In this document: piece by piece, positions 1-11,297 of the stretch
How the letters are laid out: every line of letters starts with the position of its first letter
How positions within the stretch are numbered: the stretch's first letter is position 1
Assembly: GCA_963715985.1 (NCBI GenBank)
Contig: CAVQSP010000009.1
Coordinates: 64,001-128,000, forward strand
Source: an uncultured Thermoleophilia bacterium
GTDB lineage: Bacteria; Actinomycetota; Thermoleophilia; UBA2241
DNA: 64,000 bases
Reading direction: 5' to 3'
The notes under the pieces: model-generated
Seen by the model: the letters and a program-made list of their open reading frames with translations, nothing else
What the model was told of the DNA's origin: nothing
The model's database searches: none
Program-made: the position numbers and the translations under genes

Positions 1-1
1 C

Positions 2-2389
2 CTCCACGGCCTTGCCGATGTTCCAGCGCGCCAGCACGTTGGTGTACGCGTTGTCGTCGACGCCCTCGTGGTACTCGTCCGGTCCCACAACCAGGCGGAT
101 GTGGTAGCGGTCGTCCTCCCCGCGCGACGCGCGCGAGGCCCAGAAGCGCGCCGTCTCGAGCATGATCTCCACGCCCATGGAGGCCATGAACGCGTCATCG
201 CCCGTGCCCTTCCAGTACTCCCACACGCCCCACGCCACGTCGCCGGAGATGTGGTGCTCCATCAGCCCGGAGAGGATGGGGATCATCTCGCCATCGGGGC
301 CGCGGCCGTAGGGCGGCGTGGTCTCGGTGCCCTTATCGGCCGATTCCCACGGGTACAGCGCCCCCCGGTGGCCCATGTGGCGCGCCTTCTCGCGGGCGCC
401 GTCGAGGTTGCGGTACCGGTACGCAAGCAGCGTGCGCGCCGTCTGCGGGTGCGTGTAGATGAAGAAGGGCAGCACGAAGATCTCCGTGTCCCAGAACACG
501 TGCAGGAAGTACGACATGCCGCCCAGGCCGCGAGCCCCCACCGACACTGTGTCCTTGGTCGGGTGCGCCGTGCTGATCATGTGGTAGATGCTGAAGCGCA
601 GGGCCTGCTGGTCTGAGGGGTCGCCGTCCACGCGCAGGTCGGCGTCGCGCCAGCGCTCGGCCCACGCCGCGCGGTGGCGGCTGAGGAGCTCGTCGAAGCC
701 CAGCTCCTCGGCCTTGTCCAGCACACGGCGCGCCGAGTCCGTGGAGGGCACGCGGGTGCGCGCCGACACGAGCGCGGCGAGCCGGTCCACAGTGGCGGGG
801 TCGCCGGGCGCGAGGCGCCCGCCGATGACGTCGCGCGCCTGCTCCATGTGGCGCGCGACGGGAGAGCCGGGCGCCGGGCGCGTGGTCACGGCGAGCACGT
901 GCCCGCCGCCGCCGCGGCCGCGCGTTCGCGCCACGAACCCCGGCCGGTCCAGGCGCTCGAACACCGTCTCCCGGGTGGGGCCGCCGGCGTGCGAGACGCC
1001 TACAGCGCCCTCCCAGGTGATGCGGCCGCTGAAGTCCTCCGGGCGCGCTTCGGCGCGGGCCGCCAGCACCTGGCGGTCGGCCAGCGACGCGAAGCGCGCC
1101 GTGCGTACCGCCAGCGTGCGGCCCTCTCCCTCGCGCTGCCGCCAGTAGCGGTAGACGACGCCGTCCCTCATGTCGAGCACGCGGTGGTGGTCCATCAGCT
1201 CGCCGGTGGAGAGATTCACGTGGCGCCCGTCCACCTTGAGTCGCAACCCGGTCCAGTCCGGCGCCGGCACCGGCTGCCTGAACGGCGGGTCGTCGGTGCC
1301 GTCGCCGTACACGCCCGCCACGAAGGTGGCCGGCGTGCTCACGGCCGAGCCCTCCTCCACGGCCCCGCGCGTACCGCTCTCACCGTTCGCCACCGTGAGC
1401 CACGTCTCCACTTCGCGCTCGCGGAACGGGTCGAACCCTTTGACCTCGAAGCGCCACGCCGCGTCGCCGGTGGGTTCCGGGAACTGGCGCAGTGCCACCA
1501 CCTCGCGCCGCGCGAGCTGGTCGTGCAGCACGCGTAGCGTCTCCTGCGGGCCGCCGCCGAGATGCAACACGCGTCGCGGGACACCGCTGGGCTCCGAACC
1601 CACGGAGACGAAGACGGAGCGCCGCAGCTCCGGCAGGAGCATCAGGTAGTCGCTGCCTGCGCTCTCGCCGAGCGGCCCGAACTGGTCGCCGAACACGAGC
1701 ATCTCCTGCGGGCGGCGCCCGCGCGCCTCGATGAGGGACCTCAGCACGTGGCGCATGCTGTCACTCTTGTCGGTGACGCCGATCTCGACGTGCTTGCCGT
1801 CGGTGGTGATGGCGGGGTGCAGGAGGCCCGCCTCCACGGCGTACAGGCGGGCCAGCTCGATGCACTCGGTCAGGCCGTGCACGCCGGCGGCGGCGAGGCG
1901 CTCGCCCACGCGGCGCTGCAGTTCGGTGAACTCGCTCTTGGGCGGGTCCGGCCAGTCGGGGATCAGGTCGACCTTGCGCCGGTTGAGGCGGTCGTAGACG
2001 ACGCCGACCTGCAAGCCCTCCGCCGTGAGCTTGTCGCGCAGCGCCTCCGCCGCCTCGGTGAGCTGCCGCTCCTCCTCCGCCGAGGCCTGGCGCCGTTCGA
2101 GCAGCCGAGGGCCTCCCGGGCCGACCACGTACACCTCGCTCCCGCGCGAGAGGAACAGGAACAGGCGGCCCTCGGCGTCGGGCCTGGCGCGCAGCTGCCC
2201 GTCCACGTTCTTCACGCTGGTACCACTGATGACGGCCACGTCCACGCCGACCGCCGTCAGCCGTTCGATGCGGCTGCGCACGGCCGTCGCGTCGGCCTGC
2301 CGGTCGGCGACAGCGGTGCCGTCCCAGTTGAAGCACAGCACGGCGAACTCGCGATCGAGCGACTGGCGGATGTCGAGGGGGCGTGACAT
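2..2389 (-). CDS. GH65-family glycoside phosphorylase/hydrolase with N-terminal HAD-like domain (runs off left edge)
   Basis: Manual translation from ATG 2389 (GAGAGGG RBS): FNWDGT and FGDQFG HAD-like motifs, then GH65 motifs TVANG.SGTRG, QQALRFSIYH, GARGLGG..Y..HVFWDTEIF, GALYPWES, VVGPDEYHE.VDDNAYTN. Confidence 0.85.
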   Translation of the reverse strand, partial: MSRPLDIRQSLDREFAVLCFNWDGTAVADRQADATAVRSRIERLTAVGVDVAVISGTSVKNVDGQLRARPDAEGRLFLFLSRGSEVYVVGPGGPRLLERRQASAEEERQLTEAAEALRDKLTAEGLQVGVVYDRLNRRKVDLIPDWPDPPKSEFTELQRRVGERLAAAGVHGLTECIELARLYAVEAGLLHPAITTDGKHVEIGVTDKSDSMRHVLRSLIEARGRRPQEMLVFGDQFGPLGESAGSDYLMLLPELRRSVFVSVGSEPSGVPRRVLHLGGGPQETLRVLHDQLARREVVALRQFPEPTGDAAWRFEVKGFDPFREREVETWLTVANGESGTRGAVEEGSAVSTPATFVAGVYGDGTDDPPFRQPVPAPDWTGLRLKVDGRHVNLSTGELMDHHRVLDMRDGVVYRYWRQREGEGRTLAVRTARFASLADRQVLAARAEARPEDFSGRITWEGAVGVSHAGGPTRETVFERLDRPGFVARTRGRGGGGHVLAVTTRPAPGSPVARHMEQARDVIGGRLAPGDPATVDRLAALVSARTRVPSTDSARRVLDKAEELGFDELLSRHRAAWAERWRDADLRVDGDPSDQQALRFSIYHMISTAHPTKDTVSVGARGLGGMSYFLHVFWDTEIFVLPFFIYTHPQTARTLLAYRYRNLDGAREKARHMGHRGALYPWESADKGTETTPPYGRGPDGEMIPILSGLMEHHISGDVAWGVWEYWKGTGDDAFMASMGVEIMLETARFWASRASRGEDDRYHIRLVVGPDEYHEGVDDNAYTNVLARWNIGKAVE

Positions 2390-2495
2390 GCCCTCTCATC
2401 CTGCCCCATCTGGCGCCGTCGTGCACGACACCGCGATACACTGGGCACACCGGCGTCGCCGGCGCCGGCGCCGAGACAACGGCCCAGAGGTGCCC

Positions 2496-3767
2496 ATGCC
2501 CCAGTTCGACGTCGCCCACGTGCGCAGCCAGTTCCCCGCTCTCAAGCGGATCGTCGACGATCATCCCGTGGCCTACTTCGACGCCCCCGGCGGCACCCAG
2601 ACCCCGCAGTGCGTGGCGGACGCCGTGGCCGGTTACCTGCTCGGCCACAACAGCAACATCCACGGGTGCTTCGCGGCCAGCGCCGAGACCGACGCGATCA
2701 TCGACGGCGCGCGCCGCGCGGCCGCCGACTTCCTCGGCTGCGACTGGACCGAGGTCAGCTTCGGCGCCAACATGACGACCCTGAACTTCCTCCTCGCCGG
2801 CGCCCTTGCCGGCGAGCTCAAGCCCGGCGACGAGGTGGTGATCACGGCCCTCGACCACGAAGCCAACCGGGGGCCGTGGCTGCGCCTCGCGGAGCGCGAC
2901 GTGGTGGTTCGCGAGGTGCCTGTGGACCTGGCCACGTGCACGCTGGACTGGGAGGCGTTCGAGCGCATCGTCCAGCCGGGAGGGACCAAGGTGGTCGCGC
3001 TCGGCTACGCCTCCAACGCGGTCGGCACCGTGAACGACGTGGCGCGCGCCGCGCGCCTGGCGCGCGCCGCCGGTGCGTACAGCGTGGTGGACGCCGTGCA
3101 CTACGCCCTGCACGGCCCCATCGACGTGGCCGCCGTCGGCTGCGACTTCCTGCTGTGCTCGGCCTACAAGTTCTTCGGCCCGCACGTCGGCCTCCTGTAC
3201 GCGCGCCGCGCAGCCACCGATCACGTGGAGCCACTGCGGCTGCGCACGCAGGAGCAGGAGCCGCCATACATCTGGGAGACGGGGACGCTGGACCACGAAG
3301 GCATCGCCGGCACGGCCGCCGCCATCGACTTCATCGCCGACATGGGGGGGCGCAACATGGGCCTCGTGGAGGCAAGGCTGCCCGCGGACCTCTCGGGCCG
3401 CCGCCGTGCCATCGTGGCCGGCATGCTCGCCGCTGAGGCCTACGAGCAGCCGCTTGCCGCGCGGCTGCGCGAACAGCTCGCGGCCGTCCCCGGCGTCACC
3501 CTGTACGGGCCGCCGGAGGGCAGCCCGCGCACCTCCACGGTCTCGTTCACGCTGGACGGCTTCAGCGCCGAGCAGGCCTGCCGGGCACTCGGCGCCCGTG
3601 GCATCTTCTCCTGGGACGGGCACTTCTACGCCTTCCGCCTCGTCGAGCAGCTGGGCCTGCTCGATCGCGGCGGGCTCATCCGCGTCGGGCTTGCCCCGTA
3701 CAACACTGTGGCCGAGCTCGAGCGCCTCGTCACCGCGGTCACCGACCTCTCCCGCTCCGTCAGATGA
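2496..3767 (+). CDS. Cysteine desulfurase-like class V PLP aminotransferase
   Basis: YFDAPGGTQTP, LDHEAN..PW, VVDAVHY, CSAYKFFGPH (PLP Lys), ETGT. Confidence 0.9.
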   Translation: MPQFDVAHVRSQFPALKRIVDDHPVAYFDAPGGTQTPQCVADAVAGYLLGHNSNIHGCFAASAETDAIIDGARRAAADFLGCDWTEVSFGANMTTLNFLLAGALAGELKPGDEVVITALDHEANRGPWLRLAERDVVVREVPVDLATCTLDWEAFERIVQPGGTKVVALGYASNAVGTVNDVARAARLARAAGAYSVVDAVHYALHGPIDVAAVGCDFLLCSAYKFFGPHVGLLYARRAATDHVEPLRLRTQEQEPPYIWETGTLDHEGIAGTAAAIDFIADMGGRNMGLVEARLPADLSGRRRAIVAGMLAAEAYEQPLAARLREQLAAVPGVTLYGPPEGSPRTSTVSFTLDGFSAEQACRALGARGIFSWDGHFYAFRLVEQLGLLDRGGLIRVGLAPYNTVAELERLVTAVTDLSRSVR

Positions 3768-4873
3768 ACGCGGCGCCCAGCCCTTCGCGCGCAGCCGGCC
3801 CTCGCAACGGCGACGGTGATTCCACGCCGGCACGCGGCGTGCGGACCGTGAGGGTCTGCCTGCTGGGCTTCGGGCATGTCGCACGGGCCTTCTGCGAGCT
3901 GCTCGCTCGGCAGGAGGCCGTGCTGGCCGAGCGTCACGGCCTGCGTGTGTTGGTGAGCGGCGTGGGGACGCGGCACGGCAGCCTCCTCGCTCCTGAGGGA
4001 CTTACGCCCGCTGCGGTGCTGGCCGCCATCGGCCGCGCTGCGGCGCCGCCCGGCCCACACCGGCCCGCCGCCGAGCTGCTCGGCGCCTCCGGCGCCGACG
4101 TGCTCGTCGAACTCACGGTGATGCAGAAGGACTTCGCACCTCAGGCCACCGCCCACCTCGAGGTGGCCTTCGCGCTCGGCATGGACGTGGTGACGGCCAA
4201 CAAGGGGCCCGTCGCCTGGAACTGGCGGCGCGTCGCGGCCGCCGCCGCGGCCGCCGGGCGCCGCCTCCGCTTCGAGAGCACCGTGATGGACGGCCTCCCC
4301 GTGTTCAGCCTCCTCGAGTTCGCCCTCCCGGACTGCCGGCTGCTCGGCTTCGAGGCCGTGTTCAACGCCACCACCAACTTCATCCTGGACGCCATGGCCG
4401 GGGGACGGTCCTTCTCCGAGGGCCTCGCGCACGCGCAGGCCGAGGGGTACGCGGAGGCGGACCCGGCCCACGACATCGACGGCTGGGACGCCGCCTGCAA
4501 AGCGGCGGCCCTGGCCAACGTCGCCATGGACGCCGGCATCACGCCCGCCGACGTGGAGCGCCAGAGCCTGCGCGACGTGCCGCAGGAGCGCATCGCGGCG
4601 GCCCGCGCCGCCGGCCGCCGCCTGCGCCTCGTCACCACCGTGTGGCGGGAGGAGCGGGCCGCCTTCGAGGCCGCCGGCCACGTCCGCGCCCACGTGCGCG
4701 CCGAGGAGCTCGACATCGACCACCCGCTGGCGTCGCTGAGCGGCGAGTCGCTGGGCGCGGTGCTGCACACCGACCTCATGGCCGACGTCGTCGTCTGCGA
4801 GCGGCACGCCCTCGTGCCGCAGACGGCCTACGGCGTGTACGCCGACCTGCTGCACCTGTGCCGGACCAGCTGA
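3764..4873 (+). CDS. hom: Homoserine dehydrogenase
   Basis: GFGHVA Rossmann motif, VVTANKGP, FESTVMDGLP, NATTNFIL, GYAEADP..DIDGWDAACK. Confidence 0.85.
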   Translation: MNAAPSPSRAAGPRNGDGDSTPARGVRTVRVCLLGFGHVARAFCELLARQEAVLAERHGLRVLVSGVGTRHGSLLAPEGLTPAAVLAAIGRAAAPPGPHRPAAELLGASGADVLVELTVMQKDFAPQATAHLEVAFALGMDVVTANKGPVAWNWRRVAAAAAAAGRRLRFESTVMDGLPVFSLLEFALPDCRLLGFEAVFNATTNFILDAMAGGRSFSEGLAHAQAEGYAEADPAHDIDGWDAACKAAALANVAMDAGITPADVERQSLRDVPQERIAAARAAGRRLRLVTTVWREERAAFEAAGHVRAHVRAEELDIDHPLASLSGESLGAVLHTDLMADVVVCERHALVPQTAYGVYADLLHLCRTS

Positions 4874-6072
4874 GCGGCAGCGGCGGCGCGGGACCCGCCC
4901 CCGGCACGCCGGCCACGGGCGCCGCGGCGGCGGGGCCGGGGGCCGCTGCGCCGCCTCTCGGATCGCCCGGGTCCGCGCCGGCCCGTCGCCGCCTCGACCC
5001 CCGCCTCCGCGCCTTCCTCGTCTCGCTGGTCGTCGTCGCGGCCGGCGCCGCGCTCGGCACGGGCGGCTTCCTCGTGGAACAGTCGCGAGCCACGTGGCGG
5101 CCGCAGGTGACGACGGCCGGCAGCGGCTGGCGTATCTCCACCTCACACGGGCAGCGCCTGGGCGGCGCGGCGCTGGGCGGCGACAAGCTCGTCTGGAACG
5201 CCGGCGCCTTCACGCTGCTCACCGACCTCGCCACCGGCAGGACCCAGCTGCTCGGAGCGGCGGCGCTCGCCGGCAACGCCTCGGCGCCGGCGGCCTCAGA
5301 CAGGTACGCCGTCTGGATGGAGATACAGCAGGGCGCGCGCTCGGGGACGATCGTGTGGGCCTACGAGATGGCCAACGGCAGACGGACGCGGCTGGAGGGC
5401 GCCGCCGGCGTCGACCGCTCGCCCGCGGTCGCCGGCTCCACCGCGGTGTGGGCCACGGAGCTCGCCGGCGGACAGGAGTGGCTGGTGCACGGCGTGGACG
5501 TCGCCTCGGGACGCGCCCTGCGGCTCGCCAAGACGCCCGTCGCCGACGACCTCACCGGCGGCGGCACGCTGGCAGCCTGGGTCAGCCGGCGGACCACCGT
5601 GACGGCACCGCCGGTGATCACCGTGGCCGACCTGGCCGGCGACCTGCGCCGGCAGGTGGCGCCCTACGTGGACGCGCAGAGCAGCCGGCTCATCGGCTTC
5701 GCTCTGGCCGGCCGCTCCCTCCTCTGGGCGCGCGCCGCCGGCGGCGCGAACGACCAGATCGTCGCGTTCGACGTGGACACCGGGGCGACACGCGTCGTCG
5801 CGAGCGCTCCCGGCGTCCGGGCAGTGGCCGCAGCCGGCGACCTGCTCGTGTGGGCCGAGGGCGCGCCGGCCGGAGGCGGGCGCGTCATGGGCCTGCGCCT
5901 CGGCACCGGCGCCTCCTACGTCGGCACGCATTCGGGCGATTCCCCGTTCGTCATCGCCGAGGTGAGCGGCGGTACCATCACCGACGTGTACGCCGGCTCG
6001 GCCACCGCGGCCTGGCGGGTCCGCGGCGCCTTGTTCTTCGACAGCTACCTGCAGACGGCGGGGGTGCGCTGA
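4870..6072 (+). CDS. Membrane-anchored hypothetical protein with repeated beta-strand (propeller-like) units; start uncertain
   Basis: One N-terminal TM segment (AFLVSLVVVAAGAALG) followed by recurring 'VW...V.A.D.A.G' units; possible CTG start overlapping the hom stop. Confidence 0.55.
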   Translation: MSGSGGAGPAPGTPATGAAAAGPGAAAPPLGSPGSAPARRRLDPRLRAFLVSLVVVAAGAALGTGGFLVEQSRATWRPQVTTAGSGWRISTSHGQRLGGAALGGDKLVWNAGAFTLLTDLATGRTQLLGAAALAGNASAPAASDRYAVWMEIQQGARSGTIVWAYEMANGRRTRLEGAAGVDRSPAVAGSTAVWATELAGGQEWLVHGVDVASGRALRLAKTPVADDLTGGGTLAAWVSRRTTVTAPPVITVADLAGDLRRQVAPYVDAQSSRLIGFALAGRSLLWARAAGGANDQIVAFDVDTGATRVVASAPGVRAVAAAGDLLVWAEGAPAGGGRVMGLRLGTGASYVGTHSGDSPFVIAEVSGGTITDVYAGSATAAWRVRGALFFDSYLQTAGVR

Positions 6073-6416
6073 TGGGCCGCTGGACGCGACGCCGCTCGCC
6101 GCTCACGGGCTCGTTCGGGCGCCTCGTGCTGTTCTGCACGCTCATCGAGCTGTGGGCCCTCAACGTCGCCGACCTGCTGCTCACCCGCTATGCGCTGTGG
6201 TTGGGCTTCGCCAAGGAGTCCAACGGCGTGATGGACTACTTCTTCCGCTCCGGCGCGGTGCCCACGATCGCGTTCAAGATCGGCATCGTCACCGTGGGCA
6301 CCCTGCTGCTGTGGCGCCTGCGCCGCTACGGTGCCGCGCTCTTCGCGGCCGTTCTGCTCACCGGCGTCTTCTCGGCCGTGGTGGTGTACCAGGCGCTCTG
6401 GGTGCTGAGCTTCTGA
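6072..6416 (+). CDS. DUF5658-like small membrane protein
   Basis: LNVADLLLT...G..ESNGVM...FKI pattern and three hydrophobic segments. Confidence 0.7.
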   Translation: MGRWTRRRSPLTGSFGRLVLFCTLIELWALNVADLLLTRYALWLGFAKESNGVMDYFFRSGAVPTIAFKIGIVTVGTLLLWRLRRYGAALFAAVLLTGVFSAVVVYQALWVLSF

Positions 6417-6438
6417 GCACGAAGCGCTGATCGTCACC

Positions 6439-6484
6439 TTGTCACACGTGCATCATGCCATCATACTGGTATCGATACCATCAT
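6439..6484 (+). promoter_or_regulatory. Sigma70-type promoter and operator of the vapBC operon
   Basis: TTGTCA (6439)-17 bp-CATACT (6462); perfect palindrome TGGTATCGATACCA at 6467-6480; three CATCAT copies. Confidence 0.6.
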
Positions 6485-6503
6485 GGCGACCAAGGAGCCA
6501 AGC

Positions 6504-6755
6504 ATGGTCCGCATGCAGATCCAGTTCACGGAGGAGGAGATCGTGGCGCTGCGCACAGAAGCCGCGCAGCGCCACATGTCGATCTCTGCGGTCGTCCGCG
6601 ACGCGGTGGACGAGAGTCTGTCTCGCGGTCGTTGCACTCCGTCTCGCGACGAGCTCGTCCGCCGCTCGCTGGCGGCCATGGGACGATTCCACTCAGGGAC
6701 GGGCGACGTTTCCGCCCGGCACGACGAGTACTTCGCCGATTCCATCATCGAGTGA
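6504..6755 (+). CDS. vapB: Ribbon-helix-helix (CopG-like) antitoxin
   Basis: AAGGAG RBS; MVRMQIQFT...SISAVVRDAVD; C-terminal DVSARHDEY; overlaps the PIN gene. Confidence 0.85.
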   Translation: MVRMQIQFTEEEIVALRTEAAQRHMSISAVVRDAVDESLSRGRCTPSRDELVRRSLAAMGRFHSGTGDVSARHDEYFADSIIE

Positions 6756-7159
6756 CCGCCTTCGTCGACACCTCCGCGCTCATCGCTTTCCTGGACGCCG
6801 ACGATCCCGCCCACGCCGCCTGCCGCGAGGCATGGAGGCGCGCCGTCTTCGCGGCCGAAGGGCTCGTGACTCACGACTACGTGGTCCTCGAGTCCGTCGC
6901 GGTCGCTCAACGTCGGTGGGGCCTGGACGCTGTCCGCACGCTCCTGGATGAGTACTTGCCCCTCGTCGAGGTCGGCACTGTCTCGGCAGAGGATCGCACC
7001 GCCGCCCTCAACGCCCTCCTGGCAGCGGGCCGACGTCAGCTCAGTCTGGTCGATTGCGTCAGCTTCATCGTCATGCGGCGCCTGGGCATCCGCGAGTACC
7101 TCGGCCTGGATGCCCATTTCGACGAGCAAGGCTTCACACGGTACGCGCACGCCGACTGA
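6752..7159 (+). CDS. vapC: PIN-domain toxin
   Basis: FVDTSALIA..D.DD..H, SLVDCVSF..M, LDAHF; GTGA coupling to the antitoxin. Confidence 0.9.
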   Translation: MTAFVDTSALIAFLDADDPAHAACREAWRRAVFAAEGLVTHDYVVLESVAVAQRRWGLDAVRTLLDEYLPLVEVGTVSAEDRTAALNALLAAGRRQLSLVDCVSFIVMRRLGIREYLGLDAHFDEQGFTRYAHAD

Positions 7160-7199
7160 CGTGCGAGCCCTGCGGCGCGCACCGACCCCCGCCCGCGCA

Positions 7200-8548
<1,349 letters not shown>

Positions 8549-8687
8549 CTGACTGGAGGCTCCTTGAAAACGGCCGGGCGCGGCGCTGTCACCCACGGGT
8601 GTGGGGCCGGGTCCCCGGAAAGTGGTGACAGTCTACTCGATGAGGGCGCGGCGTGAAGCCGGTGGCGAGGGCCGCGGCAGCGCCCGC

Positions 8688-9395
8688 TCACACCGCGCCG
8701 TACGCGTCCAGGCGCACGTCGTCCGCGACCGCGTAGACCATCTCCGTGCAGGCGGCGATCTCGGCGACCGTGTGGCCGCGGGCGACCTCCTCGAGGACGA
8801 ACCCGCGATCGGGGTAGCGGCGGAACAGGGCACGCTCGGTGATGATCACGTCGCACTCTCCGGCGCCGGTGAGGGGCAGCGTGCAGCGCCGGACAAGCTT
8901 GGGCGCGCCCTCCTTCGTGCAGTGCTCCGTGAGCACGTACACGGTGCGCGCCCCCGCCACCAGGTCCATGGCGCCGCCCATGCCGATCTTGCGGCCCGGC
9001 ATCTCGTAGTTGGCGATGTCGCCCTCGCCGTCCACCTGCAGCGTGCCCAGCATGGTGGCGGCCACGCGGCCGCCGCGGATCATGCCGAACGAGGTGGCCG
9101 AGTCGAAGTAGGAGCCGCCGGGCAGCAGCGTCACGTAGAGGTTGCCGGCGTTACGGCGGTCCGGGTCCTCCCGGCCGGGCGCCGACACCGGCCCCACGCC
9201 GAGGATGCCGTTCTCCGACTGGATGATGACGTCGATGTGCTCGGGGATGTAGTTGGCGACGAGCATGGGGATGCCGGCGCCGAGATTCGTCACCTGGCCG
9301 TCCTCGAGCTCCAGGGCGGCGCGGGCGGCGATGACGCAGCGGTCATCGAGGGGCCCGGCCGGGCATTCCTCCGGCACGTGCGCGGCGGCGCTCAT
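8688..9395 (-). CDS. 3-oxoacid/acyl-CoA transferase subunit B
   Basis: NLGAGIP, IQSENGILG (catalytic Glu), GMGGAMDLVAG. Confidence 0.9.
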   Translation of the reverse strand: MSAAAHVPEECPAGPLDDRCVIAARAALELEDGQVTNLGAGIPMLVANYIPEHIDVIIQSENGILGVGPVSAPGREDPDRRNAGNLYVTLLPGGSYFDSATSFGMIRGGRVAATMLGTLQVDGEGDIANYEMPGRKIGMGGAMDLVAGARTVYVLTEHCTKEGAPKLVRRCTLPLTGAGECDVIITERALFRRYPDRGFVLEEVARGHTVAEIAACTEMVYAVADDVRLDAYGAV

Positions 9396-10066
9396 CGCCG
9401 GGCCCCGCAGTAGGTGACGTCGGCGCGCACCACGGCGTCGACGAAGATGCCGGGTGTGTGGATCTTCTCCGGGTCGAGCTCGCCGATGCTGTACAGGTGC
9501 TCGACCTCCGCGATCACGAAGTCGCCGCAGGTGGCGACCACGGTGTTGTAGTTGCGCGATGTGCCGCGGAAGCACAGGTTGCCGTAGGTGTCGCCGGCGT
9601 GCGCGCGCACGAAGGCCACGTCCGCGCGCACGCGGCGTTCCCAGAGATAGTCGACGCCGTCCACGGTGACCTTCTCGTGCCCGGCCTCCACGGCAGTGCC
9701 GACGCCGACGGGCGTCAGAAAGCCGCCCAGGCCGGCGCCGCCGCAGCGCAGCATCTCGATGAGGTTGCCCTGCGGCACCCACTCCAGCTCGAGGTCGCCG
9801 TCCTCCACCGCCTTGCCCACGGCCGGCGTGTAGCCGATGTGGCAGCAGTGCAGCCGGCGCACCATCCCGGCCCTGACCAGCTCGACGATGCCGTCGTCGC
9901 CGAACCCGCCGTCGTTGGCATAGATGTCGAGGTCGTGCACGTCGCGGAGCTTCAGCGCCCTGATGAGCGTGAGCGGCACGCCCTGGCCCAGGAACCCTGC
10001 CAGGGCCAGTGTCATGCCCGATCCCACACGGGCCGCGGCCTCGTCGATCGGAATGACCTTGTCCAT
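9392..10066 (-). CDS. 3-oxoacid/acyl-CoA transferase subunit A
   Basis: PQGNLIEMLRCGGAGLGGFLTPVGVGT, DTYGNL, IHTPGIFVD. Confidence 0.9.
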   Translation of the reverse strand: MDKVIPIDEAAARVGSGMTLALAGFLGQGVPLTLIRALKLRDVHDLDIYANDGGFGDDGIVELVRAGMVRRLHCCHIGYTPAVGKAVEDGDLELEWVPQGNLIEMLRCGGAGLGGFLTPVGVGTAVEAGHEKVTVDGVDYLWERRVRADVAFVRAHAGDTYGNLCFRGTSRNYNTVVATCGDFVIAEVEHLYSIGELDPEKIHTPGIFVDAVVRADVTYCGARR

Positions 10067-10082
10067 CGTCACGACGACCACC

Positions 10083-11297
10083 TCACCCCTGCCCATCGAT
10101 GAGCACCGCCGGATCCGGCGGCGCGTCCGGACACGCGCCCACGAAAACGGCCGCGTCGACGACGCTGTCCAGCCGGGCGAGGCTCTCCACCAGCCGCCCG
10201 GCGGTCTGCTGGTCGGTGTCCACGCCCAGCGTGAGATACGTGTGTGCGCGGTCGGGCAGGCTGCGCACCACCACGGTCTCGATGTTGACGCTGCGGCGAG
10301 CCACTTGCCGGGCCACCCGCGCCAGCACCGAGGGCTTGTCTTCCACGAGGAGCCGCAACCAGCAGTGCGCGGCATGCGCGCCGGTGCCTTCGTCGCCGGT
10401 CGGGAAGGCGGCGGCCAGCGCCTCCAGCCGCGCCCACTGCTCGGCGATGTCGGCGCGCAGGCGCTCCGCGTGCTTCGCGGGACCGGTGAAGCGGCGCTGC
10501 CGTGCGAAGTACTCCTCCAGAGGCGTGCCATCGGGCCGCGCGTTGATGCGATAGCGCCGCCCGTTGAAGATCTCGTAGAGGGGGAAGATGCCGGTGGCCA
10601 CGGCCAGGCGCGCCAGTTCCACGGTGTCGGCCGGCTCCGACTTCCAGCCGGCCGGGCACGGCGAGAGCAGGAGCAGGAAGCGGAAGCCACGCGTGGCCTG
10701 CGCGACCGCGAGCTTGCGCATGAAGTCGTCGCGGTGCGCCAGTGAGAGGGTGGCCGCGTAAGGCACCCGGTGCGCGGCCATGATGGCCATGATGTCCTTC
10801 TTGGGCTCGGCCTTGCCGGCGCTCGTGGTGGTGGTGTGTGCGCCCAGGGGCGTCGCCCCGCTGCGCTGGCCCCCGGTGTTGCCGTAGATCTCGTTGTCGT
10901 AGCAGATGTAGATGACGTCCTCGTTGCGCTCGGCGGCGCCCGAGAGTGTCGACAGCCCGATGTCGTAGGTGCCGCCGTCCCCGGCCCAGCAGATCGTCGG
11001 GTCCGGCTCGTCGTTGAGGTGGTGCACGCGGCTCACGCCGGTCGCCACCGCCGGTGAGCTCGCGAAGGTCGAGGCCACGGTGGGGACACCGTAGGCGCTG
11101 TCGGGGAACGCGCCCGGCGCGACCACCGCGCAGCACGCCGGCACGACCAGCGTGATCATGCCGCCGCGCAGCGCCTGGTCCAGCCACTGCAGGCCGAGCG
11201 ACATGCCGCAGCCGGCGCAGGCCACGTTGCCCGGCCGCCAGAGTGGCTCCGAGCGCGTCACCACCGGGCCCTGCATCTGCGACGGCCCGCTGCTCAT
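10083..11297 (-). CDS. porB: 2-oxoacid:ferredoxin oxidoreductase beta subunit with C-terminal ACT domain
   Basis: ACAGCG, TPP motif AGDGGTYDIG...YDNEIYGNTGGQ, LSPCPAGW; tail VEDKPSVLARVARQVARRSVNIETV is ACT-like. Confidence 0.85.
   Translation of the reverse strand: MSSGPSQMQGPVVTRSEPLWRPGNVACAGCGMSLGLQWLDQALRGGMITLVVPACCAVVAPGAFPDSAYGVPTVASTFASSPAVATGVSRVHHLNDEPDPTICWAGDGGTYDIGLSTLSGAAERNEDVIYICYDNEIYGNTGGQRSGATPLGAHTTTTSAGKAEPKKDIMAIMAAHRVPYAATLSLAHRDDFMRKLAVAQATRGFRFLLLLSPCPAGWKSEPADTVELARLAVATGIFPLYEIFNGRRYRINARPDGTPLEEYFARQRRFTGPAKHAERLRADIAEQWARLEALAAAFPTGDEGTGAHAAHCWLRLLVEDKPSVLARVARQVARRSVNIETVVVRSLPDRAHTYLTLGVDTDQQTAGRLVESLARLDSVVDAAVFVGACPDAPPDPAVLIDGQG

Noticed and set aside
1761-3884. 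Long antisense and alternative-frame ORFs (also e.g. 15748-18183, 28224-29750, 32621-34480, 56008-57516)
   Set aside because: Shadow ORFs typical of high-GC DNA, lying over well-supported genes
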